DNA of 64,000 bases from Deltaproteobacteria bacterium (GTDB lineage: Bacteria; Desulfobacterota; Desulfuromonadia; Desulfuromonadales; BM103): positions 377-64,376 of the forward strand of contig JAFDBS010000140.1 in assembly GCA_019313185.1 (NCBI GenBank), written 5' to 3'. A program made the translations under genes and the position numbers. Under the pieces are notes generated by a model. That model was not told the origin of the DNA. It did no database searches and saw nothing but the letters and a program-made list of their open reading frames with translations. Shown here piece by piece: positions 46,422 to 56,354 of the stretch. The stretch's first letter is position 1, and each line of letters opens with the position of its first letter.

Positions 46422-47720
46422 ATGATTCGCTTTCTAAGGTTTTCCGATACCGATTTCGCCACGCGTTTTGCAGAGATCACAAATCGAGCCGAAGCCGTCC
46501 CCGCGGAAGTTGAGGAGACGGTGCGCAGAATCCTCGACGATGTGCGCGAGCGGGGCGACGCCGCCCTTTGCGCTTACACGGAGCAATATGACCGCTTGAA
46601 AATCACCCCAGCGACAATGGAAGTCACCCAGGCTGAGGTAGACCGTGCCATGGCTCAAGTCACCCCGAAGGTTCTGGATGCGCTCCATCTTGCCGCGGAA
46701 CGGATAACCGGGTTTCACCGAAAACAAAAAGAGACGACATGGTTATCAAATGACGAACCGGACGTTCAGCTCGGTCAGATGGTCCGTCCCCTCGACCGGG
46801 TGGGTATTTACGTTCCGGGCGGCAAGGCGTCCTATCCGTCATCAGTATTGATGAATGCGGTCCCCGCTAAAGTTGCTGGTGTTGAGGAATTGATCATGGT
46901 TGTCCCCATGCCGGCCGGCGAAGTCAACATTCATGTGTTGGCCGCAGCGAAAATTGCCGGAGTCGATCGAATTTTCAAAGTCGGTGGTGCTCAGGCGGTT
47001 GCGGCTCTCGCCTATGGCACCGAGTCGGTTCCAAAGGTTGACAAGATCACCGGGCCGGGCAATATTTACGTCGCGACGGCGAAACGCCTGGTTTTTGGTT
47101 TGGTCGATATCGACATGATCGCGGGGCCCAGTGAAATCCTGATTATCAACGACGGCACGGGAGATCCCGACCACATTGCCGCCGATCTGCTCTCTCAGGC
47201 CGAGCACGATGAACTTGCCTCTTCAGTTCTCATTACCACCGATGAATCATTCGGGCGGCAAGTTCAGCAAGCCGTTGAAAGACAGCTGTCGAACCTCTCG
47301 AGAGCCTCTATTGCTCGAGCGTCGATCGATCGGTTCGGGGCGATTGTGTTGGCCCCCAGCCTTGGAGAGGCCGCTGAGTTCAGCAATCGCATTGCCCCTG
47401 AGCATCTTGAATTGGCCGTCGATAGGCCGTTAGAACTGCTGCCGAAAATTCGCCACGCAGGTGCCGTTTTTCTTGGCCATCATACCCCAGAAGCTGCAGG
47501 GGACTATCTGGCCGGCCCAAACCACACCCTTCCAACCGGCGGAACCGCGCGATTTTTCTCGCCGCTTGGCACCCACGATTTCGTCAAAAAATCGAGTCTG
47601 GTTTCATTTACGGCCGACGGATTAAAGCGTTTGGGTGATGCGATTATCTGTATCGCAGAACTCGAGGGGCTCGAAGCCCATGCTCAATCAGTCAAGTTAA
47701 GGTTAGACAGGTCCTCATAA
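46422..47720 (+). CDS. hisD: Histidinol dehydrogenase
   Basis: AGPSEILII...DLLSQAEHD plus C-terminal His ligands. Start at ATG 46422 behind GAAGGAG. Confidence 0.95.
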   Translation: MIRFLRFSDTDFATRFAEITNRAEAVPAEVEETVRRILDDVRERGDAALCAYTEQYDRLKITPATMEVTQAEVDRAMAQVTPKVLDALHLAAERITGFHRKQKETTWLSNDEPDVQLGQMVRPLDRVGIYVPGGKASYPSSVLMNAVPAKVAGVEELIMVVPMPAGEVNIHVLAAAKIAGVDRIFKVGGAQAVAALAYGTESVPKVDKITGPGNIYVATAKRLVFGLVDIDMIAGPSEILIINDGTGDPDHIAADLLSQAEHDELASSVLITTDESFGRQVQQAVERQLSNLSRASIARASIDRFGAIVLAPSLGEAAEFSNRIAPEHLELAVDRPLELLPKIRHAGAVFLGHHTPEAAGDYLAGPNHTLPTGGTARFFSPLGTHDFVKKSSLVSFTADGLKRLGDAIICIAELEGLEAHAQSVKLRLDRSS

Positions 47721-47794
47721 GATGAATCCACTGTCCCGTCAACCGGGGATTTTTAGAATTCGGTCGCGGAAAGTTTTCCTCCGGGGAGGTTGTG

Positions 47795-48385
47795 ATGGCA
47801 CGTAACGCGTCAATCGACAGAACCACGAAAGAGACGGCAATCAAGTTGATTCTCGAGATAGACGGCCGAGGTCAGCACAGCATCGAAACCGGTGTGCCGT
47901 TTTTTGACCATATGTTGACCCAGATCGCCCGTCACGGTTTTTTTGACCTCTCGATTGACGCCAAAGGCGATCTGGAGGTGGATGCCCACCACACGGTTTA
48001 AGATGTCGGCATCTGCCTTGGCGAGGCATTCAAGCAAGCTCTGGGCAGCAAAGAGGGCGTTCGTCGATACGGCCGGGGGACCATGCCAATGCACGAAGCC
48101 TTGGCGGCCGTGGCGCTTGATTTGTCCGGCCGACCGTTCCTGGTCTACAACGTTGTGCTGCCCAAAGCGCAGTTGGGTAATTTTGAACTGGAACTCATCG
48201 AAGAGTTTTTCACTGCGTTTTGCAACCATTCCGGGACCAATCTTCATGTCAATGTGGCCTACGGAGACAACCTCCATCATATTGCTGAAGCGATCTTCAA
48301 GGCCTTCGCTCGAGCGCTGGATGAAGCCACCCAGCTTGAGCCACGTGTCGAAGGCGTCCTCTCCTCAAAAGGGACCCTGGAGTAA
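47795..48385 (+). pseudogene. hisB: Imidazoleglycerol-phosphate dehydratase interrupted by one in-frame TAA
   Basis: The same frame reads ...[26 protein letters not shown]...[17 protein letters not shown]. The TAA at 47999-48001 sits where the conserved Glu of HHxxED is expected. Confidence 0.85.
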
Positions 48386-48394
48386 GATGCATCA

Positions 48395-49018
48395 ATGATT
48401 ACGATTATTGATTATGAAATGGGCAACCTCCGCAGCGTGGCGAAAGCGTTTGAAACCCTGGGTTTCGATGTGTGTGTCAGCAATGATCCAATCGCTGTGG
48501 CGACGTCCGATAAGGTGGTATTGCCCGGCGTTGGAGCGTTTCGTGACTGTATCCATAATCTTCGCGCAGGAGGGTTTGTAGAGCCGATTCTAAAACATGT
48601 GGCTGCCGGCAAGCCGCTTCTCGGAATTTGTGTCGGCATGCAAATGATGTTTGATGAGAGCGAGGAGTTCGGGGTTCATCAAGGGTTGGGTCTGATTCCG
48701 GGCCGTGTCAAGCGCTTCCCAGCCGGGATGGTCGAAGGCGGTGAACGCTTAAAGGTTCCGCATATGGGATGGAACAGTATTCAGATCGTCCGTCCGGCCC
48801 CGATATTTAATGACGTTGCAGACCAGAGCTTTGTGTATTTTGTGCATTCGTACTATTGTGCCGCTGACCAGGCTGAACATGTCGCGGCACTGTGCCGCTA
48901 CGGCGATATAACGTTCAGTGCCGCCATCTGGCGCGACAACCTGATGGCAACCCAGTTTCACCCGGAGAAAAGCCAGTCGGTCGGCTTGGCAGTGTTTAGA
49001 AATTTTGCAGCATTGTAA
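48395..49018 (+). CDS. hisH: Imidazole glycerol phosphate synthase, glutaminase subunit
   Basis: IDYEMGNLRSV..., the catalytic GICVGMQ, and HSY. Confidence 0.95.
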   Translation: MITIIDYEMGNLRSVAKAFETLGFDVCVSNDPIAVATSDKVVLPGVGAFRDCIHNLRAGGFVEPILKHVAAGKPLLGICVGMQMMFDESEEFGVHQGLGLIPGRVKRFPAGMVEGGERLKVPHMGWNSIQIVRPAPIFNDVADQSFVYFVHSYYCAADQAEHVAALCRYGDITFSAAIWRDNLMATQFHPEKSQSVGLAVFRNFAAL

Positions 49019-49139
49019 GTGCGCCGCCCATGGGGTCTCGGCGATGGCCATGACCACACCATTGACGGCTTCGAATATCAAGTCGAAAAACATCAGTCCA
49101 CCGTCCTGAACAGACGCCGGACTGCAATGGAAGGGTTCC

Positions 49140-49868
49140 ATGATTGTTATTCCAGCAATTGATTTGAAAGATGGAAAATGTGTTCGGCTCGAACAAGGGC
49201 TGATGGAAAGAGATACGGTGTATTCAGACGACCCTGCCGCCATGGCGCTTCACTGGCAAAGCGAGGGTGGAGAGTTGTTGCACCTGGTCGACCTCGATGG
49301 TGCCTTTGCCGGGAAACCGAAGAATCAAGACGCGATCAAGGCGATTGTCGACACAATCAGCATCCCCCTGGAGTTAGGTGGAGGAATCCGCGACTTGCAA
49401 ACAATCGAAGCCTATCTTGACCTCGGTGTCGGCCGGGTTATCCTCGGGACGGTTGCCAAAGAACAGCCTTCGCTGGTCGCCGAGGCCTGCCGTGCTTTTC
49501 CGGGGCGGATCGTTGTCGGCATTGACGCCAAAGAGGGTCTGGTTGCGGTGCGCGGCTGGGCCGAAGTGACCGAGAAAAAAGCGGCGGAATTGGCCCAGGA
49601 GATGGAGGCCTTTGGCGTTGCGGCGATCATTTACACTGACATCGCCCGTGACGGCATGATGCAAGGGCCCAATCTCGAGGCCACAAAGGCATTGGCCGAA
49701 GCAATCTCGATCCCGGTCATCGCCTCAGGCGGGGTGTCTCGCCTTGAGGATATTCACAACTTACTGGCGATCGAATCTTCCGGAATTGAAGGCGTGATTA
49801 CCGGTAAGGCGATTTATTCAGGAGCATTGAACCTGCGTGAGGCCATTGCGCTGACCAAAAACGGTTAA
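49140..49868 (+). CDS. hisA: ProFAR isomerase
   Basis: [17 protein letters not shown]... and the C-terminal GVITGKAIY. Confidence 0.95.
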   Translation: MIVIPAIDLKDGKCVRLEQGLMERDTVYSDDPAAMALHWQSEGGELLHLVDLDGAFAGKPKNQDAIKAIVDTISIPLELGGGIRDLQTIEAYLDLGVGRVILGTVAKEQPSLVAEACRAFPGRIVVGIDAKEGLVAVRGWAEVTEKKAAELAQEMEAFGVAAIIYTDIARDGMMQGPNLEATKALAEAISIPVIASGGVSRLEDIHNLLAIESSGIEGVITGKAIYSGALNLREAIALTKNG

Positions 49869-49952
49869 GCGCTGTTTGCGCAAGGCCCGCATGACCGCAT
49901 TTAGAGTCTGATGGCCGTTGCTGGGCGTTAGCGCCCCGACCGATTAAAAATT

Positions 49953-50720
49953 ATGCTGACCAAACGAATTATCCCTTGTCTTGATGTGAAAGATGGCCGC
50001 GTTGTCAAAGGCGTTCAGTTTGTCGAGTTGCGCGATGCCGGCGACCCGGTTGAGGCGGCTGAAGCTTATGACGCTCAGGGCGCAGACGAACTCACCTTCC
50101 TCGACATTACCGCCTCGAGTGACAAGCGCAACATTATTTTAGACGTGGTTGCCCGGACTGCCGAACGGGTTTTCATGCCACTCACTGTCGGTGGTGGCGT
50201 CCGCGAGATTGCGGACATACGCAATCTGCTAAATGCCGGCGCCGACAAGGTGTCGATCAATACCGCCGCGGTACATCGACCGCAGTTCGTGCGGGAAGCC
50301 GCCGAGCGTTTTGGTTCTCAGTGTATCGTGGTTGCCATCGATGCCCGGCGCGTGCCCGGTTCAAATCCCCAGGCATGGGAAGTGTTTACCCACGGTGGGC
50401 GGACGCCCACAGGGATTGATGCTCTTGAATGGGCCAAGCGGATGGTTGAGTACGGTGCCGGAGAAATTCTGCTGACCTCTATGGATTGTGATGGGACCAA
50501 GGATGGCTATGACATTGCGCTGACCCGCGCTGTCAGTGACCTTGTCGAGGTGCCGGTGATTGCATCGGGAGGGGTTGGCAACCTGGAACACATCCGCGAA
50601 GGCCTGGTCGAGGGGGGGGCCAGCGCAGCTCTTGCCGCCAGCATTTTTCATTTCCGGGAATTCACAATCGGTGAGTGTAAAGAGTATCTTCACAGACATG
50701 GCGTGGCAGTCAGGCGCTGA
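49953..50720 (+). CDS. hisF: Imidazole glycerol phosphate synthase, cyclase subunit
   Basis: [17 protein letters not shown]..., [12 protein letters not shown], and SGGVG. Confidence 0.96.
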   Translation: MLTKRIIPCLDVKDGRVVKGVQFVELRDAGDPVEAAEAYDAQGADELTFLDITASSDKRNIILDVVARTAERVFMPLTVGGGVREIADIRNLLNAGADKVSINTAAVHRPQFVREAAERFGSQCIVVAIDARRVPGSNPQAWEVFTHGGRTPTGIDALEWAKRMVEYGAGEILLTSMDCDGTKDGYDIALTRAVSDLVEVPVIASGGVGNLEHIREGLVEGGASAALAASIFHFREFTIGECKEYLHRHGVAVRR

Positions 50721-50782
50721 CCGATCTTGGCTTAATCGAATGCCTAATTGACCTTCAACCGAAGGCACGGGACAACCAAGCG

Positions 50783-51118
50783 ATGATGAGCAGACAAGAA
50801 ATAATGGCAGACCTTTACCGCCTCATTCAGGAGCGGAAAACACATTCTTCAGACGAGTCTTACGTTGCATCGCTCTATGCAAAAGGCTTAGACAAAGTGC
50901 TCAGCAAGATTGGTGAAGAAGCCACAGAGCTCGCCCTTGCCGGCAAGGGGGGGGAGACGGACCAGGTCGTGTATGAAATGGCCGACCTCTGGTTCCATTG
51001 TCTTGTTTTGCTCGGTTTTTACAACCTCGAGCCGGAACGTGTGTTCTTGGAGCTCGAACGCCGCTTGGGAACGTCGGGATTGAAAGAAAAGGCGGAACGC
51101 GGCGAGAAACACCGATAA
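50783..51118 (+). CDS. hisE: Phosphoribosyl-ATP pyrophosphatase (stand-alone HisE)
   Basis: LYRLIQERK...[24 protein letters not shown]...[13 protein letters not shown]. No HisI domain is attached. Confidence 0.85.
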   Translation: MMSRQEIMADLYRLIQERKTHSSDESYVASLYAKGLDKVLSKIGEEATELALAGKGGETDQVVYEMADLWFHCLVLLGFYNLEPERVFLELERRLGTSGLKEKAERGEKHR

Positions 51119-51138
51119 ACGGAGGAGCGGAGACACAG

Positions 51139-51582
51139 ATGACAATCGAAAACCGACTCAACGAAGCCATGAAGACGGCCATGAAAGCACAGGACAGCTT
51201 GCGCCTCAATACCATCCGGATGGCCCGGACAGCGATCAAAAATGCTGCGATAGAGGCTCGGCAGGACCTTGATGATGCTGCCGTCATCAAGGTCCTCTCG
51301 ACTCTGGTCAAGCAGCGCCGTGAAGCGGCCGATGCGTATCGACAGGCCCGACCGGAGCTGGCCGAGAAAGAGGAACGGGAACTGGAAGTGTTGCAGGAAT
51401 TTCTTCCAGCCCAGCTGAGCGTGTCAGAATTGATCGAAATGATCGATGCTGCGATCGAAGAGGTCGGCGCCACATCGATGCGTGACATGGGGTCCGTCAT
51501 GCAAACGCTGACACCCAAAACAACGGGTCGCGCTGACGGTAAACAGGTCAGCGCTCTGGTCCGTCAGAAGCTGGGAGGCTGA
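51139..51582 (+). CDS. GatB/YqeY-domain protein
   Basis: LNEAMKTAMKAQD...LRLNTIRMARTAIKN...KQRREAADAY is typical of the YqeY family. Start at ATG 51139. Confidence 0.85.
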   Translation: MTIENRLNEAMKTAMKAQDSLRLNTIRMARTAIKNAAIEARQDLDDAAVIKVLSTLVKQRREAADAYRQARPELAEKEERELEVLQEFLPAQLSVSELIEMIDAAIEEVGATSMRDMGSVMQTLTPKTTGRADGKQVSALVRQKLGG

Positions 51583-51600
51583 GCTGAGCCAAAACTTCTC

Positions 51601-52083
51601 ATGAACGGGTTCGATATTGCCATTCTTGCTGTTCTTGCCGGGTTTCTGGTCAAAGGACTATTGCGTGGCCTGCTCAAGGAGGTTTGTTCCCTGGCAGGTT
51701 TTTTTGTCGGGGCCTATTTAGCTTTTCGCTATTATGGACCTCTTGCCGAGGTGTTGCTCGATCATGTCGAGGTTCCTGTGCAGGTGGCGGTTGGGATCAG
51801 CTTCACAGCACTGTTTTTGGCGACTATGTTTCTCTTCCTCTCGCTGGGGTTTTTGGCTTCAAAGTTTGTCAAACTTCTTTTTCTCGGCGTGTTCAACCGT
51901 ATTTTAGGCGGTGCTTTTGGCGTGGTCCAAGGTGTGCTTCTGTTAGCAATGGTCTTATTTGCCCTCTCGTTCCAGACCCTGCCTTGGGGGTTGGACCCCG
52001 CATTCAGGACAGCGCAGTTGGCGCCGCCTTTTGTCGAATTAGGCAAGGCGGCCCTGGAAGCCAGTCGTAGAGTGATGCAATGA
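51601..52083 (+). CDS. cvpA: CvpA-family membrane protein
   Basis: Four hydrophobic segments and the N-terminus MNGFDIAILAVLAGFLVKGLLRG, typical of colicin V production protein homologues. Confidence 0.75.
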   Translation: MNGFDIAILAVLAGFLVKGLLRGLLKEVCSLAGFFVGAYLAFRYYGPLAEVLLDHVEVPVQVAVGISFTALFLATMFLFLSLGFLASKFVKLLFLGVFNRILGGAFGVVQGVLLLAMVLFALSFQTLPWGLDPAFRTAQLAPPFVELGKAALEASRRVMQ

Positions 52084-54485
52084 TGGGTCATCTGTCACAG
52101 TATACCGAGGCCTCTCCCGCAGATAGTCTGGTCCAACTGGAGTTCGACAAAATCATTGCGTTCCTTGCAGGGTTCACGCAGACGGCATACGGTTATGAAA
52201 AAGCGACCCTCCTTCGGCCGCTAACCGATCTCAGTACCATCGAATCCGCTTTGCAAGAAGCCGGTGAAGCGCAGCGACTGATTGAGGACTCTGGGCCAAT
52301 GCCGGTCGGTTCCGGCAAAGACCTGCGGGGCACTTTGCAGCGCCTGAAAACTGAAGGCATGCGCCTTGACACCGAAGACCTGCGAGACGTTCAGGCGGCC
52401 GTGGAAGCCGCCATGGCCTGCAGGCGTCGGATCGCCGACTGTCATGACAGCCCGTTATTGTCCGCCCATGCCAGGGCACTGGCCCTGTTGCCGGATTTGG
52501 GCACTGCAATCCGTCGAAGCATTGGTCCCGGGGGTGAAATTCTCGACACAGCGTCGCCAGCACTTGCCGAGCTGCGCCAAAAACTGAAGCAGGAACGGGT
52601 GCGTACCAAGCGACAGCTGGAATCAATGCTCTCTGACGAATCCCTTCAAGGAGTTTTCCAGGACACTCTAATTACCGAACGCAACGGCCGTTATGTATTA
52701 CCCGTCCGGACAGATCATAGCGGACGCCTCAAAGGTTTTGTTCATGATGTGTCGGCCACTGGTCAGACCCTGTTTATGGAACCGTCTGCAGCATTGGATG
52801 GGAACAATCGGATCCAGCGTCTTCTGCGCGATGTGCAACATGAAGAGAACCGGGTTCTGGAGAACTTGAGCCAATCTGTTCGGCAAGTGCGCTCAGACCT
52901 CTTGGCCAACCAGGAAATTCTGGCCCACCTTGATCTGCGGCAAGCCATTGCCCGCATGGCTGCGGCCCTTGATGCTGTGGTGCCAGAGCTGGCCAAGCAG
53001 CCAATGCTGTCAATCAAAGCGGCGCGCCATCCATTGTTGGCGTTGACGAAATCACGACACCAAGACCCGGATCAGAAGACGGCTGAGATCATCCCGGTTG
53101 ACCTTCGGCTCGATCACGACCAATCCGTGCTGATCGTCAGTGGCCCCAACACCGGAGGCAAGACCGTTTCCCTGAAAACAGCGGCCCTGTTAGTTCTGAT
53201 GGCGAGGGCTGGGTTGCCCATTCCGTGCGCTCAAGGCAGTCAGCTTTTCCCGTTCGCTCCAGTGCTTGCTGACATCGGCGACGAACAGAGCATCGAGCAG
53301 AGCCTGTCAACGTTTTCCGGTCACTTGACGCGTCTGAAGCGGATACTGACTGTCGCTGGTCGAAACACTTTGGTCGTACTCGATGAATTGGGCACCGGGA
53401 CAGACCCTGTTGAGGGGGCCGCCTTGGCATTGGCCACGCTTGACCAGTTGCGCCAAGCCGGCTCACGAGTCCTGGCGACGACACATCTTCATGTGATCAA
53501 AGGCTATGCTCAACTCGAGGAAGGGGTCGTCAATGCAGCGGTTGAGTTTGATGAAGACACCTTGCTGCCGACTTACCGTTTGCATTATGGCATTCCCGGC
53601 GCAAGTCAGGCTTTTACGATTGCAGAGCGACTCGGCTTGCCAGCCGGATTGCTTGACAAAGCTGAGGAATATCTGGGTCATGGCGAACGTGAAGGCATGG
53701 CCATCATCGAACGCCTGCAAGCGCTGCGAATCGCTCTGGAGCAAGAGCTGAATACGGCAGACCTGCTGCGCCAAGAAGCCGAGGAAGAGCTTTCCCAGCA
53801 ACAAAAGCTCAAGCGGGAAATTGAGGGCCGGCGGCAGGCAATCCTGGATGAAACCCGGCAAGAGGGCAGCCGGTTGCTTGCTCAAGCGGAAGCCCAATTG
53901 CGCGAGCTCTTCCAAAAAGCCAAACCGGACCGTGCCAAGGCGAAAGACCGCGCGGAAATGACCCGATCGATTCGGAGCATCCGGCAACGCTTGCCGGCGG
54001 CAAAGCCCCAGGGCCCGGAGACTGTGCCAAGCAATGTGGCGGTTGGCGAGATCCTTTTCGTGCCCTCTCTCGGCGTGGACGTCGAAGTGCTGCGCGTTGT
54101 CGGCCAAGAGGCCGAGTTGAATCTTGGCGGCAAGCGGTTACGGCAGAAGCTTGACAGCTTGCGGCAATACCAGCCTCGAAGGCACGTCAAGCCTGTCCAA
54201 ACGCAGCCGCGAATCAGGGACCAGGTTCCCCGCCAGCCCTTTCGACCGAGGCTGGTCATCGTCGGCAAGCGTGCAGACGAAGCCCAGAACCTGATCGATC
54301 GGTTTTTGGATGAAGCGCAACTGCATAATGCCCGACGCATTGAAATCGTGCATGGCGCAGGCCAAGGAATTTTGCGGCGAATGGTGCGCGAGTTGTTGGC
54401 CGAGCGGCCTGATGTCCTCGGTTTTCAAGCTGCGGACATGGCTGAGGGGGGCGAAAATATCACCGTGGTGGACCTGCAGAACTGA
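52080..54485 (+). CDS. mutS2: Endonuclease MutS2
   Basis: The MutS ATPase motifs SGPNTGGKT and DELGTGTDP, and a C-terminal Smr domain (IVHGAGQGILRR). Confidence 0.93.
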   Translation: MMGHLSQYTEASPADSLVQLEFDKIIAFLAGFTQTAYGYEKATLLRPLTDLSTIESALQEAGEAQRLIEDSGPMPVGSGKDLRGTLQRLKTEGMRLDTEDLRDVQAAVEAAMACRRRIADCHDSPLLSAHARALALLPDLGTAIRRSIGPGGEILDTASPALAELRQKLKQERVRTKRQLESMLSDESLQGVFQDTLITERNGRYVLPVRTDHSGRLKGFVHDVSATGQTLFMEPSAALDGNNRIQRLLRDVQHEENRVLENLSQSVRQVRSDLLANQEILAHLDLRQAIARMAAALDAVVPELAKQPMLSIKAARHPLLALTKSRHQDPDQKTAEIIPVDLRLDHDQSVLIVSGPNTGGKTVSLKTAALLVLMARAGLPIPCAQGSQLFPFAPVLADIGDEQSIEQSLSTFSGHLTRLKRILTVAGRNTLVVLDELGTGTDPVEGAALALATLDQLRQAGSRVLATTHLHVIKGYAQLEEGVVNAAVEFDEDTLLPTYRLHYGIPGASQAFTIAERLGLPAGLLDKAEEYLGHGEREGMAIIERLQALRIALEQELNTADLLRQEAEEELSQQQKLKREIEGRRQAILDETRQEGSRLLAQAEAQLRELFQKAKPDRAKAKDRAEMTRSIRSIRQRLPAAKPQGPETVPSNVAVGEILFVPSLGVDVEVLRVVGQEAELNLGGKRLRQKLDSLRQYQPRRHVKPVQTQPRIRDQVPRQPFRPRLVIVGKRADEAQNLIDRFLDEAQLHNARRIEIVHGAGQGILRRMVRELLAERPDVLGFQAADMAEGGENITVVDLQN

Positions 54486-56275
54486 TGGGACGAATACCGG
54501 ACGATAAGATTCAAGAGGTCAGGGACCGCACCGATATTGTCGAGGTGGTCTCCGGTTACCTGCCGCTCAAACGGTCAGGCGCCAATCACCTCGGCCTTTG
54601 TCCGTTTCACCAAGAGAAAACGCCCTCCTTCAACGTCAATGCCGCACGGCAAATTTTTCATTGTTTTGGCTGTGGTGTGGGGGGCAATGTTTTCACGTTT
54701 CTGATGCGCATGGACGGCATTTCTTTCCCGGATGCAGTCAAACGTTTGGCAGAGAAGGCCGGGGTGGAGGTTGTCGAAGACGCTTCCAGCCCTGAGGATT
54801 TGAAACGTCGTGCCCTTCGCGAGCAACTGTTTCAGATCAATCATGCCGCCTGTGATTTTTACCACCACATCTTAATGAATGGAACGGAAGGGAGTCCAGG
54901 GCGACGCTACCTGAGGCGCAGAGGTTATGCGGGACAGACCGTGCAAGCTTTTCAGGTCGGGTTCGCACCGGAAGAGTGGGAACGGCTGGCCAGGCATTTA
55001 GACAGCCAGGGGTTTCAGAGTGAGGCGGTTCTGCAAACAGGGCTCTGCCGCCATGGCAAACAGGGACGAGGTCATTACGATCTGTTTCGTAACCGACTCC
55101 TGTTTCCGATACACGACGCACAAGGGCGTTGTATCGCATTTGGTGGCCGGGTGCTGGATGATAGCTTGCCCAAATACATCAATTCCCCCGAGTCGCCGAT
55201 CTATCACAAAAGCGAAACCCTTTACGGCCTTTACCAGGCGAAGGATGCGATGCGCCAACTGGGCCAGGTGTTCGTCGTTGAGGGTTATTTCGATGTGCTG
55301 GCCCTGAATCGGGCTGGTTTCGCAAACAGTGTGGCCACCTGCGGAACAGCCCTGACCAACGATCATGCCCGGTTGCTGAAGCGATTCGCAGACAAGGTTT
55401 CGCTTGTTTTCGATGAGGATGATGCTGGTCAAAAAGCGACTTACCGTGCCATGGATGCTCTTTTGCCCGCAGGTCTGTCCGTAGAGGTTGTTCGCCTGCC
55501 GGCCGGAGCTGACCCCGATGCCCTGCTCCAACGTCAAGAGGAGGCAACGCTGCAAGACTGTCTCGATAACGCACGACCTGTTCTGGAAGTTTTCATGGAA
55601 GAACAGTTGGAAGCTTTTGGGCCCACTGTCGAAGGGCGGGTCAAGGCGGCCGACGAGGTCTTATCCCGATTGCGGAAGCTACCGAATGAGCTTGAACGAA
55701 GTCTCTATGTGAAAACTCTGGCTGAACGGACGGGTTTGGATGAAGCCCTGCTGCTGGACAAGACTTCCGGCCGGAGCCGTCCCGTCAATGTCCGCCCTTC
55801 AGGTTTGCGTCCCGGTCACTCTGACGTGCCACCTTCTCGTCAGCGCACAGCGGTTGAAAGGGCCCAAACATTTTTGCTGGGCATGATGCTGCAGGAGCCA
55901 ACTGTTCGACAGATCGTTCGCGACGAGGGTCTGGAAAAGGCCTTTCCCGGCCGTTTCCACGCTGAAGTTGCTGAGCAGATTCTGTCGTCCGAACACGCAG
56001 ACGGGTCACTTCCTGATGACCTTGTCTCCCCCGCTTTGAGCGAGAACGCTCAAGCCCTTTTGGCGCGCTTGATGCTCGATCAGACGATCAGCTGGGCAGA
56101 AAATCAGGAACAGCTTATCAAGGACTGCTTGCAAACGATTCGCGACGAAGAGTTGCGCCGACGCTATCGGGATTTGCCAGACCTGATCCGTGCCGCAGAA
56201 GAGGATTCTGATTGGGTCACCCATGCCGCCTTGTTGAGGGAATACCAGGGTATAAAAAAAGGGTTTGAAAGATAG
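54485..56275 (+). CDS. dnaG: DNA primase
   Basis: The zinc ribbon CPFHQEKTPSFNV...FHCFGCG and a TOPRIM (VVEGYFD) segment. Confidence 0.95.
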   Translation: MGRIPDDKIQEVRDRTDIVEVVSGYLPLKRSGANHLGLCPFHQEKTPSFNVNAARQIFHCFGCGVGGNVFTFLMRMDGISFPDAVKRLAEKAGVEVVEDASSPEDLKRRALREQLFQINHAACDFYHHILMNGTEGSPGRRYLRRRGYAGQTVQAFQVGFAPEEWERLARHLDSQGFQSEAVLQTGLCRHGKQGRGHYDLFRNRLLFPIHDAQGRCIAFGGRVLDDSLPKYINSPESPIYHKSETLYGLYQAKDAMRQLGQVFVVEGYFDVLALNRAGFANSVATCGTALTNDHARLLKRFADKVSLVFDEDDAGQKATYRAMDALLPAGLSVEVVRLPAGADPDALLQRQEEATLQDCLDNARPVLEVFMEEQLEAFGPTVEGRVKAADEVLSRLRKLPNELERSLYVKTLAERTGLDEALLLDKTSGRSRPVNVRPSGLRPGHSDVPPSRQRTAVERAQTFLLGMMLQEPTVRQIVRDEGLEKAFPGRFHAEVAEQILSSEHADGSLPDDLVSPALSENAQALLARLMLDQTISWAENQEQLIKDCLQTIRDEELRRRYRDLPDLIRAAEEDSDWVTHAALLREYQGIKKGFER

Positions 56276-56354
56276 ACATTTAAGACTATAATATTCAGAT
56301 TGTCCGGAATATGCCCACAAGGCATTCGGTCAAGTTCGTATTCGAGGAGCACCA

